Source: Octopus sinensis | Lineage: Eukaryota | Assembly (NCBI RefSeq): GCF_006345805.1 | Contig: NC_042999.1 | Coordinates: forward strand, 92,380,001 to 92,444,000 | Direction of reading: 5' to 3' | DNA: 64,000 nucleotides | Shown here: piece by piece, positions 25,801-40,150 of the stretch | Numbering within the stretch: position 1 is the first letter of the stretch | Layout: every line of letters begins with the position of its first letter | Translations under genes and position numbers: made by a program | The notes under the pieces: model-generated | What the model was told of the DNA's origin: nothing | The model's database searches: none | What the model saw: only the letters and a program-made list of their open reading frames with translations

Positions 25801-26519
25801 AAAAAAGGAAATGAAGAAACTGCTGACAAAATAATTTAAGTAAGGGATAGTGTATTTAATTAGGTGAAAGTTCTTTTTACCGGTTGCGCATTTGTTATGC
25901 TTATCAAAAGATATATTTTTAAGGGAGATAGAGTTCCTTTCTGATAGATTTAGCCGTTTAGCAAAACACAACGATGGAATAAGTATTGGGCTTGGAAAGA
26001 ACAAATCCTGGTGTCAGTTTCTTCGAATACAGCTGGGGCTCCAGCATGGCCGCATTCACTTGACTGATGCAAGTAAAACAATAAAAGAAGTATGCCATTT
26101 CAATCCCGAGCAATCTTATTTGGGGCAGCATATAAGATTTTGTTGTGAAAATTTATCTGCAATAAATTGCCCATACTTCTACAATACCCAAAATATTTTG
26201 TTTTCTATAAAATTCATAATAATATTTAATTTTAAGAATACAACAGGCCCAGTAGAGTAAAATAGGACTCACAGGGGTTCATAGGCAAAAAATGGATGAG
26301 AATCACTGCTTTAAAACATAAATACAAGACCTCAAATTTGGGGAAAATGTAGTGTCAGATATACTGATCCCTAGCTCTTGACTGGCAATTCTATGTATTT
26401 CGATCTCGAGGAAACGCAACGTTGAACTCAGCGACATGTAAGGGAAAACTAAATACTGCAATACACTGTTCGCAGCTCACATTTTTGTTCCTATCTACTT
26501 TTGTCATCAACCGCTCTTA

Positions 26520-26690
26520 AAATTATTTCTACTCTTGGTACAATAGCCGAAATTTTGTCAAAAAGGGCCAGATGATTACATCAACTCCAGTGCTCGACAT
26601 AAAACGTCAATGTCGACTTTGCCGAGATTTGAACTCAGAACGTGCAACCATTTTTCCCAGCGTGCTAGCAATTCTGCCAGCTCGCCTCTT
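26520..26690 (-). mobile_element. Degenerate SINE family A copy
   Basis: atttgaactcagaacg...gcgtgctagcaattctgccagctcgcc. Confidence 0.7.
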
Positions 26691-27899
26691 TCTGCCGCTC
26701 TTAAAATAAATTACAATTTCTAGCCTTGGAACAAATCGCACATTTTGCAAATATGTAGAGGATTAAACGATTCCAGTATTTGACTAGTATTGATTGAATC
26801 GAACCAAGAAAGATTAAAGTTTTAGTCCACTCTAGCAGAATGTTAACTCAGAAGGTATTAGGATATAAGTAAGGTTTCGAAATATTTTGTTGGATTTTTA
26901 TGGATTTTGTCACAATGATTTCTTTCATCAGCTCAACTACAGATTTAATAGGGAAAGTATTGTGTAGTCGGAACTGATTCTGATATATGACTTGTAAGTA
27001 TTTTAATCAATAACGTGTGACATTTGCACTCTGAATACAATTTGCAAAATATTCATTTCAGTTCTCTACTATTTAGGGTAAACCCATTTTACAGTTGTGC
27101 TCTACTGCTGTTTCGCTATTACATCCGAAATATTTTACTGATATCTCGGTGATATTGTAGCATAACTTAAATATTTTGGTGATAAATCAGTTTCTATTGA
27201 ATAGTACCCTGCCGTTACCTCAATCATATACGAGTATAAGTTAAAGAATTTCATAGAATATTTTAGTTGCCCTCCCATATCAATATTCGTGTTATCAAAG
27301 CGAAAATCTTATGACATCTAAATACCAAACAAACAGTACAATCTTCTGCATAGCTACTACAAATTTACTTATATCGAACCAAGTTCTGGATCTTGCTTCG
27401 ATTGATTTATGTCTGTCTTTCAAATTTAGTCGGATGACAAATGTAGCAAGCACAATTTCTTGTTGACCTTTGCACTTGTTTCATCAACGAGGTTGATGAT
27501 CAGTTAAAACTTCTGTCGGAAGAGTATCCGTGAAATTTTACTATTCTGATTAAGAATGATTGGGAAAATTGTTTAGTGAGAGATTTAGTGACTTGAGATA
27601 GATACAATAGGCAAGGTGAGAATATTGGCAAAGAGAGAAAGAGTAAACATAAATATGTTTTTCTTAGTTTGAAGATCTATTACATTGGTGAAAGAAACTT
27701 CAAGATCAATAGGATCCTCATTTTACAGATGGATTCTGGTATATTTGTTTGCATAATATCTGCAGCATTATAGCTTTATGAGAATACCTCAGTGAGTGCT
27801 CCATGTCTGAAAGTTGAAGGTCAGCAACTACCCAGAGATGACGTATTTTCTGACCACGATCTACGAGTTGAAGTTTTGTCAATATTATATAAATTCACA

Positions 27900-30500
27900 G
27901 TAAGCATCATCACAGATGATAAAGCCTGCATAGAAAAAAAACCCTCCTGTGTGAGCTGTGGATAAATAGCTTTATCGGCTGGAATGCCACCTACAGAACT
28001 ATCATGGTGGAAAAGTAGTGCATATAGTTAGTTTGAAAAGCTAGTGGCTACTATATTTGGAAAGATTAGAAGACATTACGCCAATCTAGAATGTGAAAGA
28101 GCTGGCAGATTCTGCGGTTGCCGAAGGCAATTTTTGCAGGTTTTACCGTTATGCTTAAGCATATCCTAGTTGTAGATATTGTGCAATGTTCTTCACTTGT
28201 ACTACTGCAGCATGGATGCCAGGAAACTACTTGGGAATTGTGTTCTTGTATAAAGACTATGAAAGAAGATAGAGAGGAAGATGATATCAATCATCTACTT
28301 AGCTTTCTCTGATGAGTCAGAGACGAAAGAAATTTACTCTTAGGTGAGCGTAATGTAGAATTGTTATAGTTCCAACCAGTTTGCGGAGTAGTAGTAAATT
28401 CTGAAGGAGGGATTGTTAGACAGTAGAATGATGTGAGATGAGGCGCTTTGATTATGTAGAGTCAGTCAAACCGATGGGCGTAGAACATATGACAGCTAAA
28501 AAAAGTCGGGTTTAGTAGATGTGCCTGGAAAAATGATGATATTTATAGAGGGTCTCAATAAAAGCAAGAGTTTTCTTTCTCTTCTTACGTTCCTTTTTTC
28601 TAAAGAATATTCCGAGCAAAAAATATTTACAAAGCTGTAGAATCTTAATTATGGAACTGAAAATTTGAATTTAATATGACCACAAAAATTACTGTTGTTC
28701 CAAGTCGAAAGCCGAGTACGCTTATGATTAGACATCCTGTGTGACCATCCTACCTGATATTCAGCCATTATGTATTTAGAATTTTAATATTCCATTAAGT
28801 TTCTCTTATTTTAAAATGATAGATTGTAATTTAGAGGAATCTGTCTCATATTTCTTGCAGGCTGAACATTTTACAAGCCAGTGAAATCTTTCCCCAACAA
28901 ATAATAATGTCAGATAAAAAGGATTCCAGCTTCATTTGGAAATAGTTTCAAGAAAGTAAAATGTTAATGACCTGACATTAAACTCCACTTTCAGTGTACA
29001 TTATGTCAGTCTGGATATTGATAATCCTATTACCACAGCTATAGAGATAGAGAACTTACTTTAAGGGAGTCTATACATGTCTTGCCACATCATAACATAA
29101 ATCTATATAATAGTATATGCTAAGGAAATGTCATTGTTATCTGATATATTATACATAGCCATAACATATTGTATTACAGAGAAATATAATGCGCTATCGT
29201 TAGACATTTCTTCACATTCAGTTTAATTAGATGTTGATAATTTATGAAATACCGAAAATTTGAGGGAATTTTATCTATCTTACAGACAAAATCTTTAAAT
29301 CAAAATTCTTTAAATAATTCCCAGCAATATCCTGTATTTAACGTTCTTACAGAATCTATTGTTGTGTTCAAGTTGTTTGAGATATTATTGCTTAATATAA
29401 ATATACTAAGTGTAGAGCAAAACTCCTGGCCAATTGTATTTTATTACAGAGGCAGTCGAAAGTGAAAAACTACAAGGTAACTCAGGGCAAAGTTCTCCGG
29501 CGTATGCAACACGTTAGGAAACTAGGTTGTGTTACTGACCAGGAAAATGAAATTAATATGATAAGAATATGTAGTCCTTTATGACTGTCTCTCTTATTAG
29601 CATTAAAGGGTAAAAATGCGTATGATGTGTCTTTTTGCAATTTCTTGTTTTATTTGGAGGAAAGAACTGTGTCAATGGCTTTTCAGATATATATGGTCAA
29701 TGTAGTTGATTTTCGTGAACAATTGCAAGTTGATGATCGCAAGCAGGCATTAAGAATATGCTAGGATTGAAAATAGTGGTTAGTGCAGACCCTAGGGGCT
29801 CAGAGACATTATGAGTGATGAGAGAACGAAAGAATAGCAAGCTGAGTTATTCTGGATGATTGTAGTATGAGACAAACTATGTGAAAGAATCTGAAGGCTC
29901 TGGGTAGAGTGGAGAGGAGGATAGTTGGTAAGTTCGTAGTACTGGTTCTTCTAAGGCTAATGACTAATAATCATGTCTATTTTATCAGTTGAACTAATAT
30001 TCTTTTTAGAAAGAAGATTTTGGCAAGGACAAAAACCAACGTGGTAGCATAATTTAAAATCAACTGTAATTAAAACCAGCGCAACCTGAAGTGAGTGCAA
30101 GTTTTAATAATTGTCAACTATGTGAAAATAGCGACGAAGTGGATTTGTTTCAGATGTTTTAAGCAAATAGAAATTGAAGACAGACAGTAGCAACTAAGAT
30201 ACAAATATCTGCTTGCAGAGATGTCTTGTTTAAAAGAATGTGCTGGAGGATTGTGTAAAATTTCAGGAGATTCTTTCGGAAAGCATCAGAATGCTCGGCT
30301 GTGGTAATGAAAGAGAAGAGAACGTTTAGGGTGTGTAATACAGTGAAAACGTCTTAAGCTTCTAAATAAATTACAATGGGTTTACAGTAGATTTAGATAG
30401 TTCTTCTACGTTTCCAAAGAATGTGAGAAAATCTGTAGGAATTCTTTGACGCCGCAGGCAAGGCTATCAACACTGTTGATAAGAAAAGTCGCTGTTCTTG
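27900..30500 (-). mobile_element. Possible very old CR1/L2-type LINE remnant
   Basis: Only patchy motif similarity on the minus strand (D.IQRKA..MID/SIFF near 28250-28330; PLGS near 29790). No continuous frame. Confidence 0.25.
28302..28349 (+). ncRNA. Type-I hammerhead-ribozyme candidate with an intact core
   Basis: GCTTTCT-CTGATGA-GTC aga GAC-GAAA-GA aatttac TC-T-T-AGGtGAGC: exact CUGAUGA and GAAA, G10.1-C11.1 stem II, 3-bp stem III, CUU triplet, and a 7-bp stem I with one bulge and two G.U pairs. Confidence 0.45.
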
Positions 30501-30699
30501 GATTAGAAATGGATTAATAAACAACTATCAAACTGAAGTAGCATATTAGTCTATCGTAATGTAGGTACACCATACCAGCCCACCATACCACACCACACCA
30601 CACCACACCACACAACTCCACACCACACCACACTACACCGCACCACACACACACATGTAAATCTAAACGCGCGCACACACACACATCCCTATCTTTTAT

Positions 30700-31130
30700 C
30701 GTTTACTTTTTCATGTTAGGACACTGCCTTGAAGGGTTTAGTCGAACAAATCGACCCCAGTAATTTTTCTAAGCCTACTACTTATCCAATCCGTCGCTTT
30801 TTGCCGAATTGCTAAGTCACGACGACGTAAAGGAAGCAATACAGGTTGTCAAGTGGTGTTGAGAGGCAAACTCAAAGACACTCACATACATACATATATA
30901 CATACATACATACATACATACATACATACATACATACATACATACATACATACATACATGCATGCATGCATACATACATACATACATACATACATACATA
31001 CATACATACATACAACATACATACATACAAACATACGACGGGTTTCTGTCAGTTTTCCTATACCAAATTCTCTCACAAAGCTTTGGATTTCCCAGGGCTC
31101 TAGAAGACACTTGGTTAAGGTACCACGCAA
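30700..31130 (-). mobile_element. Diverged SINE family B copy with an expanded internal (ACAT)n
   Basis: gccgaattgctaagtcacg...ggttgtcaagtgg, then (ACAT)n, then catacgacgggtttctgtcagttt...agaagacacttgg. Confidence 0.75.
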
Positions 31131-31189
31131 TAGGACTGATATATAATATATATAATGTATTCATCTATATAGATATATTTAGGGGCCTG

Positions 31190-31440
31190 TAGAAAACCCG
31201 TTAAAATACCTTTGTCATCCATATGAAGCGGCTGAGAAATAGAATTACTGGGACAAAATGTGTCCTATCTCAAACAACTAAGCGGTTAACATGCTCGTCA
31301 ACAGACATCTTTCTCTGTCAGAAAAATAGCTGTCACCGATACCAATTGTTATTCTAATTTTTGTGATGTTAATCGATTTTCAAAAGACATTCAAAAACAA
31401 CCACATGCTGCCATAAAATAGAATAGTAAAATTGTAAACA
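31190..31440 (+). repeat. Unclassified dispersed repeat, copy 1
   Basis: Shares gaattactggg.caaaa...ctatct.aaac...tgtgatgttaat.gattttcaaaaga...tgctgccata with 33340-33585. Confidence 0.75.
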
Positions 31441-31869
31441 ACCGCTGACATCATCGCTACCATCAATACCATCATCACTCGCCATTCTTACATTCCTTAT
31501 CTCTATGTGAAAGAAACACAAATATACATGTATGTATTCATGTCTTAAAATGTTAGATACATATATTCAAGTATGTCATACACGTCTTAAAATCAATTTA
31601 AAACTGCAGATTGAAAAGAAATTTTCCAATTTCTCTAAAATATCATCTGATAATCGACCAGTTTTGAAGAGAGCGAAGGAAAAGCAACCCATCTTAACGT
31701 TAAAAGCTATTGACAATCGGTGGAGGCTTAATCAAAACATGTGAGACTCTACTTGTCGCTATACAGCTAGTATCACATTGAAAGAGCATCGTTGATGTAC
31801 ATAAATTGCTTACAGTAATGAAATAACTCAACATAAACAATGTAGGTGAGTATCCAAGTAGAAGAAAAC

Positions 31870-32075
31870 ATCTTGTCTACTATAGGCACAAGGCCCGAAA
31901 TTTTGGAGTGGGAGGGCTTTTAGCCGATCATATTGACGAGTGTTCAACCTTTACTTATTTTATCAACATCGGAAGGACGGAAGACAAAGTTAGCCTGGCA
32001 GAAAATTTGAACTCAGAATAAATTACGATAAACATTTTGCCCGGTGTGCTAACGATTCTGCCAACTCACCGCTTT
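31870..32075 (-). mobile_element. SINE family A copy
   Basis: ctactataggcacaaggcccgaaattt...atttgaactcagaa...gcccggtgtgctaacgattctgccaactcaccgc. Confidence 0.8.
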
Positions 32076-32378
32076 GAACTAGAAGAAAATATCAACATCG
32101 TGCGCAGCAGAAACGGCGGCCATCTAGATAATGTCGCTTGGATAAGGCCAATAATATTTCACTTTGAACCAACAATAACTCACGGAAAAGAAAACTATCT
32201 AAAACAATAGAGATTTTATGATCCAACCGGATGCGGTGGAATTAATTTGAACAAACTGGAGTCGTTAAATAAGAAACCATGTCAGAGAAAGTATTGTTCT
32301 AAAGAACCAGTATCAACCATAATTCCAGTCCACATGCTCTAAACCGGTGGCTGAAAGAAAACTGCACACATTACATTA

Positions 32379-32473
<95 letters not shown>

Positions 32474-33339
32474 GCACACACACACGCACATCATAGTGAT
32501 TGCTCCGTCGTCACAGATGATTACCATCTCCATGTGCTTCTTCTTGACAGTAGCATTTCTGACTTTCTGCTCAAGCCCTCTCAGATGACTATTCAGTCCT
32601 TTGCAGATCTGCATCGCTTAAAGCATAAGTGACAGACGAAAGTTGTAACTTACTGTGCACTTACAACAGTAAGTCTTCCATCGCACCATAAAGTGACACC
32701 TATACGCCATTGGAATATTGTGATAAACGTTTACACAACACAAGTACCACTCTCTGAATTTCGCTGATTAGTACCTAATGATATGCTGAAACGAGATGAC
32801 CAGTAACCACGTAAAACCGCAAGACAGTGTCCCTCTTCTACAGAGATGGTGTGACAGCAGTTGAGGATCCTTACTCCAAGTGACTTGACTGCGCGCCCTG
32901 AGACTAACCAGGGTATTTCGGTAACCCCGTGCTAAGATGGATAATCATCACATATGCTACTGATCCCAGGAACCCTGACAGGTGCAACTACTCCGGGTCA
33001 AAGTAGATCAGGGAACAGCAGTGACAAAACATTGGTTCCACACTCCTCAAAATTCTGGAACTCGCCAACCAGAGCGCCACTAACAGATGCCATGTTCTGG
33101 ACGTACATACATGCATACACACATACATACATACATACATACATACATACATACATACATACATACATACATACATACATAATACACACACACATACATA
33201 CATACATACATACATACATACATAGACACATACGTACGTACGTACATACATACATACATACATACATACATACATACATACATACTACATACATACATAC
33301 ATACATACATTCGTATGAGATTTATTCTCGTGTTAGTAA

Positions 33340-33585
33340 GAAAACCGTGAATGTCATTTTATCGACAATATGAAACAGCTAAAGAATTACTGGGGCAAAA
33401 CCTACCCTATCTTAAACCATTTAGATCTAAACGGCTCCAACTATTGGTATCTTTCATTGTCCAAAAAAATAACTGTCTCAGATTGTAGTTGTTATTTATA
33501 ACTCTTGTGATGTTAATTGATTTTCAAAAGATATCTCCAAACAACTGTTTGCTGCCATAGAACGGAAAGAGAAAAATTGTTAAAA
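33340..33585 (+). repeat. Unclassified dispersed repeat, copy 2
   Basis: Diverged paralog of 31190-31440. Confidence 0.75.
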
Positions 33586-34399
33586 AAATGTAATAAATAA
33601 ATAGAATAATAAATAAATTAATAAATAAATTAATAAGCTTCCTCTCAGGAAGATTTAAAATCGTTTTTGTCAAAGATCATGATGAAAGAAAATTATTCCA
33701 ACCATAATGCATCATGGCTGAACAAGTCAGTAATAGTGAATTAAGAGAAATTGTAAAACCCCAAACACTCTGAAAGCTAGTCAGACCGGGAGACAAGTGA
33801 ATAGTGGGAAACAGCATAACGGGCTACTGGACAAAGCAATGCATAGGAGATATCATACTTTTATTGATAACAAATCATAGCATACATAAATATTGGACTC
33901 TTTGATTCGTGGGGACCTTCAGGTAACTTTTCTTTTTGATTGCTTAGATAACCTCATTTGATCAAACCTTTTATCCTCAGTCAATATTAACCATGCTTCT
34001 GTACATGTATGTGCAGGCATAAAACCTATTTTTTTATGAAGATAGGAGTGGTGAAAGACTATAGCACTTAGTCAAGCATGCAAAGTTTCTATTCCATGAT
34101 ATCCAACGGATAATTATCCAAGAGGAAAGCCGCTGCCGACTTGAATCCGATACAATTTGGTACCAATGTTGTGACAGGCTTCCTGTCAGATGTCAAAGAG
34201 CTAGAACAATTATGTATTTTTAACTATATGGGCTTTGAGGATGGTTACTATAGCGATGAAAGTGTCTGCAAAATATTCAGAAGAGTAATGACTTAGGTAA
34301 CTTATATATGTCTCAGTCAAAAAATTGCCCAAGCCATGTCCAACTTCATAGCACCGCCTGATAGGATCTGCTAAGTCATGTTTAGATCAAGTTTTGTGC

Positions 34400-34735
34400 T
34401 ATCATGACCCATTCCAGTTGTTAGTTGTTGTTGACTAAGATGTATCTAGGTATAGGTAATCTTATCTGGTATCCGTTGAAGGAATTCGTGCAAGTTTCGC
34501 TTGAAGGTGATGGGATATTTTCTTCTCTGATTTGTATTGGGATAATGTTAAACAAAGCAGGGCTTTTTGAAGAAAAGAAATTTAGTTCCAGTAGATTTAT
34601 GTATTGTGATCCTGAATTATGTAAGGGGCGTATGGCACGTGGTCCCAGCCTTGGATGAATTTTGAACCTAATATTAAGGTCATTCGGGTAATACTGATGG
34701 TATATTCTCCACATTGGGCAAATAATGTAGCGCTC
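34400..34735 (-). mobile_element. 3' end of a CR1/Crack-type LINE ORF2
   Basis: ERYIICPMWRIYHQYYPNDLNIRFKIHPRLGPRAIRP...NFFSSKSPALFNIIP...NNN matches the C-terminal pattern RRERY..W...F..GP.LFN.LP. Confidence 0.75.
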
Positions 34736-34824
34736 ACAGTGGTGATATATATATATACATACATACATATATATATATTCGCAATAATAAATCTCTGAAC
34801 GAGGTATAGACATATATATATAGT

Positions 34825-35148
34825 GAAGGAGCATGGCTCAGTGGTTAGAGCGCCGAGCTTACGATCTTCTGGTTGTGAGTTCGATTCCCGGACCGGGCTG
34901 TGTGTTGTGTTCTTGAGCAGGACACTTTATTTCACGTTGCTCCAGTTAACTCAAATGTAGAAATGAGTTGCGACATCACTGGTGCCAAGCTGCATCGGCA
35001 ATTGCCTTTCTCTTGTATAACGTCTGAGGTGTGGAGAGGGGAGGCTGGTATGCATGGCCATCTACAAATAACCTTGCCCGGACTTGTGCCTCGGAGAGTA
35101 ACTTTCTAGGTGCAATCCCATGGTCATTCATGACCGAAAGGGGTCTCC
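34825..35148 (+). mobile_element. tRNA-derived SINE, family C (intact A and B boxes)
   Basis: A box TGGCTCAGTGG, B box GTTCGATTCC, central ttcttgagcaggacacttta core, followed by (TA)n. Confidence 0.9.
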
Positions 35149-35192
35149 TCAATATATACATATATATATAATATATATATATATAATATATA

Positions 35193-35229
<37 letters not shown>

Positions 35230-36400
35230 AGTGTGTATATATATATATATATGTGAGTGTGTATATATATATATGTGTGTGTATGTATATATATATATAT
35301 ATATATATATGCTTATACATATACATATATGTATATATATGTATATGTGTGTATATATATATATCACATGTATATATGTGTATATATATTATATTTATAA
35401 TTTAATGAGTCGAATAATTGAAATATTTATCGTCGAAATAGACGAGGTTCATATTCATGTTAATCTTTTAGCTACATGCAATGTGCACGTGTTGTTTTCT
35501 GAAATATAATTCAGCAGAAAATCTTCGAATTGATTTACAAATTATTTTCACAATACTACAATTCATTTTTTTTCTGGTATTTTTTAAAGAGAACGGTAGA
35601 AATTCTTGGCTTTTAATTGCATCTTTTGTCCCAGAAACAAGTGTGTGCTTAAGATATGTTAGGTTTTAATGGTTTCAGTCTTCAAATTGGTCATGCTGCG
35701 ATGCTGTCTTGTTAGAGTCAATTATATCAAGCCCACTTCGATCGGTAGAAGAAAATGGAACCCAGCAATATTGATTTCAAACATAAAGATAAGCCCTGCC
35801 AGAACCAATAGAAAAGGTCAACGAAGTATCATCCATACGGATGCGTTTGGAGAGAAGTATAGATCGACAAAATAAATATATATATACACATACATGCATA
35901 TAAAGATACAGACATATATGTAGAAATGTACACATATATAATATGCATGTAACTGCATACAAAAACAGATTCTTTTACACATTTGTGTGTATAAAAGATG
36001 GAAAGTAGTGTGTTTGTGTGCAACTCTATACATAGATACGTGCATGTATATTAAGGAATATATAAATATTAAAAACATACAGCAAGATACACACACACAC
36101 ACACATTAAAGAGTTTCAGATTTTTCTCACAGGCGCAGGAAAGGTGAGCACATACAATTATTATAATTTCCGATTGTATTTCTATATTTTGAATAACTCA
36201 GTAGGAGGCAATCAAGCTACAAATAGAGGGTGGGTGTAGCAGTCAGGGAGAACGCATGAGTTAGTCTATAATGCATCCATATCACACCACACACACACAC
36301 ACACACACACTCACACACACACACATACACACACACTCACAGTAGAATAGTTAGATTGATGGATAAATAGATATAACTATGTGTGTGGGTGTATATATAC

Positions 36401-36482
<82 letters not shown>

Positions 36483-36544
36483 TATATGTATGCATATATG
36501 TATTTGTGCATGTATGTATGAGAGAGTGAATGAGTGTGTGTATG

Positions 36545-36690
<146 letters not shown>

Positions 36691-36907
36691 ATAGAGAGGT
36701 GGAGAGAACGTGGATACAGTCAACAGTACCCATGGTGTCTAGCTTCAGACAAATATGCGAAGAGATTCATTTGTAACTGAATATTCAGACGTGGTATATG
36801 TGTTACTATAACCATCTCATCTCTCCCCAGCATACGTAGATGCATATGATAGACATAGATTTCATGTGTACGTGTGTGTGTACAATTATATGTATGTGTG
36901 TATATGT

Positions 36908-36956
<49 letters not shown>

Positions 36957-36979
36957 TTATATATATATATATATATATC

Positions 36980-37010
<31 letters not shown>

Positions 37011-37665
37011 GTATATATATACATATACATACACACTCTCAAACATAAGCACACACTCACAGACACCACCTCTTCCTCTCTCTCTGTCTATATGTCTATG
37101 GTGCATGTATGTCTGTGTATGTATGTATGTATGTGTGTATGTATGTATGTATGTATGTATGTATGTTTGCGTGTGTATGTTTGTATATATGTATATATAT
37201 ATATATATGTATATGTATATATATATTAATATACATATTCAGTTGGTTTTCTTTTTTGTTGATAATTTGATCTTTTAATGTTTTTTCTTCCTTTTCTTCT
37301 TGTAAAAATATGTTGTTAATAAAAATCTATTCACATTAAAAAGAAAAAAAAGTTTGCAGAAACTGGCTTCATATATTCAATCTGCGCTCGTAAAATTATC
37401 CCCTGAACGAAACTATAGGTTGTACTGCTGGAAATAGCAGCTAAATAAAGCTTCCGTCATCTACTCGCTTCTTGAAAATATGGAAGAAAACCTGAAACAA
37501 TATAGTCCAAGAAGATATTAAAAAAAACGGGATGGTCATGGCTGGAATGCTTATAATCAAATGTCTGTTCAATTCAAAGATAACCTGAGCCACTAAACAA
37601 TTGGAACTTCACGACGACGACGACCATTAAAAATTACTTAATCCGGTTCAACGTATGTCCTTTAA

Positions 37666-38055
37666 GAGAGCTGGCAGAAACGTTAGCGTGCCGGGCGAAA
37701 TGCTTAGCGGTATTTCATCTGCCGTTACGTTCTGAGTTCAAATTCCGCCGAGGTCGACTTTGACTTTCATCCTTTCGGGGTCGATTAAATAAGTACTAGT
37801 TACGCACTGGGGTCGATATAATCGACGTAATCCGTTTGTCTGCCCTTGTTTGTCCTCTCTGTGTTTAACCCCTTGTGGGTAGTAAAGAAATAGGTATTTC
37901 GCCTGCTGCTACGTTCTGAGTTCAAATTCCGCCGAGGTCGACTTTGTCTTTCATCCTTTCGGGGTCAATAAATTAAGTACCAGTTTTGCACTGAGTCGAT
38001 GTAATCGACTGGCCCCCTCCCTCAAAATTTCGGGCCTTATGCCTAGAGTAGACAA
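37666..38055 (+). mobile_element. Dimeric SINE family A
   Basis: A full head unit (gagagctggcagaaacgttagc...) is followed by a second unit that restarts at gtatttcg...gttctgagttcaaattccgccgaggtcgac and ends with the standard 3' end. Confidence 0.9.
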
Positions 38056-38342
38056 GAAAGAGAGCAGGGTGTAATTTATGAGAGATTAGGCTGCTATTTC
38101 GAGCCGGTCGAGTGCCTGCGTTTGAAGCTCCCACGATGGCTCGTAATAATAATACATAGTCAGCTTTATGTAATAGTCGAATGAGATAGAGAATATTAAA
38201 GACATAGCCAATATTATTAATGTTATCCTTTGCAATATAAAAGAAAAAAAAAATGATCTCATTTTATCAAAAGATATAACAAGAAACAAGTTTTACTTAT
38301 TTATTAGCAGTCAGTTTTTTTTTGTGTGTATGTGTTTGTTCT

Positions 38343-38354
38343 GAATGATGATGA

Positions 38355-38388
<34 letters not shown>

Positions 38389-38431
38389 GGTGGTGGTGAT
38401 GATGATGATGGTGATGATGATGATGATGATG

Positions 38432-38462
<31 letters not shown>

Positions 38463-38479
38463 AATGATTAAGATGGTGG

Positions 38480-38520
<41 letters not shown>

Positions 38521-38600
38521 TTGGTGTTGATGTTGGCATCGGCAGCGTCGGCGGCGGTGGTGGTGATGGTAGTGGTGGAACTGACGACGACGACGACGAT
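38343..38600. repeat. Compound (GAT)n/(GGT)n/(GAC)n microsatellite
   Basis: Directly visible. Confidence 0.95.
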
Positions 38601-39699
38601 GATGTATTTTATTGCTAGAGATCATGTCTCTTTCCTTTGCTTGCAAGTTTGCTGACAGAACTTCCAGAGCATCGGATAAACACCATGTCACTTTTGTTCA
38701 TACTCTTTATGCCACCAGTTCAAATCCTACTTAGATCAACTTTTGCTTTTCACCATTCTGGATGTCAATAAAATTAAATTACAAACCATGTACAGGGGTT
38801 GATTTAATCGACTATACTCTTCATTTCATATCTCTGACCTTGTACGAGTGTTAGGGAGATATAAAATTAAGCACCAGTGAAATGGTTTCGATTAACTTAT
38901 TCTCTCAAATTGCTTGTTCCTTCCCTCAAACTACTTGTCAAATTAACCTTTCATTCATTCAGAGTCGATAAAAACGTACTAGTTAAGTACTAGAGTCGAT
39001 GTAATCCACTAACCCTGCCTCGTAAAAATGCAGACTTTGCGTCGAAATTTAAAACCATTATCAATATTTTTATTAATTTGATGGATTGAGATGAAATCTA
39101 CAGACACAGCAGTGTCATTATTCGAGCCTGTATAAAGCGTACGCGGAGTGACGAAACCATTTTGTATGCACACGAATAGTATCCGAAGGTTGCTGATTCG
39201 TGGAGTTATGTGGAACAACTACAGTCACGTGTAAGATGGATTTGGCTATCAGCAAGGTTCTTTGGGAAGATCTGCCACCTTTCGAGATTGAGAAATGCAG
39301 GCAACTTATATCTGTTCAATGGCCTCGACGTAAGAGGTTATGTGGTAGACAAGATTGGAAAGGTTGAAGATGGATACCTTCCTGTTAAGTGACGATCCCA
39401 TCAACTTTTCCAAGTTTCACTTGAAAAGTAAAGTGAAGGTAAAGGGGGAAAGTTCTGCTTCGCTGCAAATTTGTCGAAAGGTAGATGAGATTGGCGAACA
39501 TGGTCCGAGTGAATGAACCTAATCTGAAATGCGTCAGTTAATTGGAGACGCACAATTTGGGAGATGGCGTGTGCCTTAGTGGTCAGGATAATCGTGGTTT
39601 TTTGGGTTTCCACGAGTAACTTTCGGAAAATTGTTTGGCTTCATTGCTTTTTTCTTTTCTTCTTTTTCTTTTTTTAAAAATTATTATTTCTGTCAGACA

Positions 39700-39848
39700 A
39701 AATACTTAGCGGCATTTCTTCTGGTACTTTACGTTCTGAGTTCATATTCCGCCAATGTCGACTTCACTTTTCCTCCTGTGGAGGTCGATAAAATACCAGT
39801 CGCCCCATCCCAGGAAAATTTCAGGTCTTAGGCCTATTAGAAGAAAGG
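39700..39848 (+). mobile_element. Partial SINE family A
   Basis: acttagcggcatttc...gttctgagttcatattccgcc...aggcctattagaagaaaggat. Confidence 0.75.
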
Positions 39849-40150
39849 ATCCTCCTCCTCCTCCTCCTCCTCCTCCTCATCATCATCATCATCATCATCG
39901 TCGTCGTCGTCGTCGTCGTCATCGTCATTATCGTCATCGTCGCCGTCGTCGTGGTCATCGTCGTCGTTGTCGTCATCGTTGTCGTCAGGGAATCTTTATC
40001 ATTATCATCAGCATCATCAAAAGTATCAGCATCAGTAGTAGGAACGAAATCATCATTACTACCACCACCACCATCACAACCACCACCACCACCACCACCA
40101 TCACCGCCACCACCATCATCATCATCATCATCATAATCATCATCATCATT
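39849..40150. repeat. Compound (CCT)/(CAT)/(CGT)/(CAC) microsatellite
   Basis: Directly visible; begins at the SINE tail. Confidence 0.95.

Noticed and set aside
34114-34296. Open stretch KRKAAADLNPIQFG...CKIFRRVMT with a nearby GTAACT donor
   Set aside because: An in-frame stop precedes the donor, the acceptor is weak, and no homology is recognised.
34825-34900. tRNA gene at the SINE heads (also 19690-19763 and 54378)
   Set aside because: A and B boxes are present, but there is no cloverleaf acceptor stem and the sequence continues into a SINE body.
39090-39630. Higher-complexity block with short ORFs and a strong minus-strand acceptor
   Set aside because: All three frames after the acceptor are interrupted by stops, and no motif is recognised.
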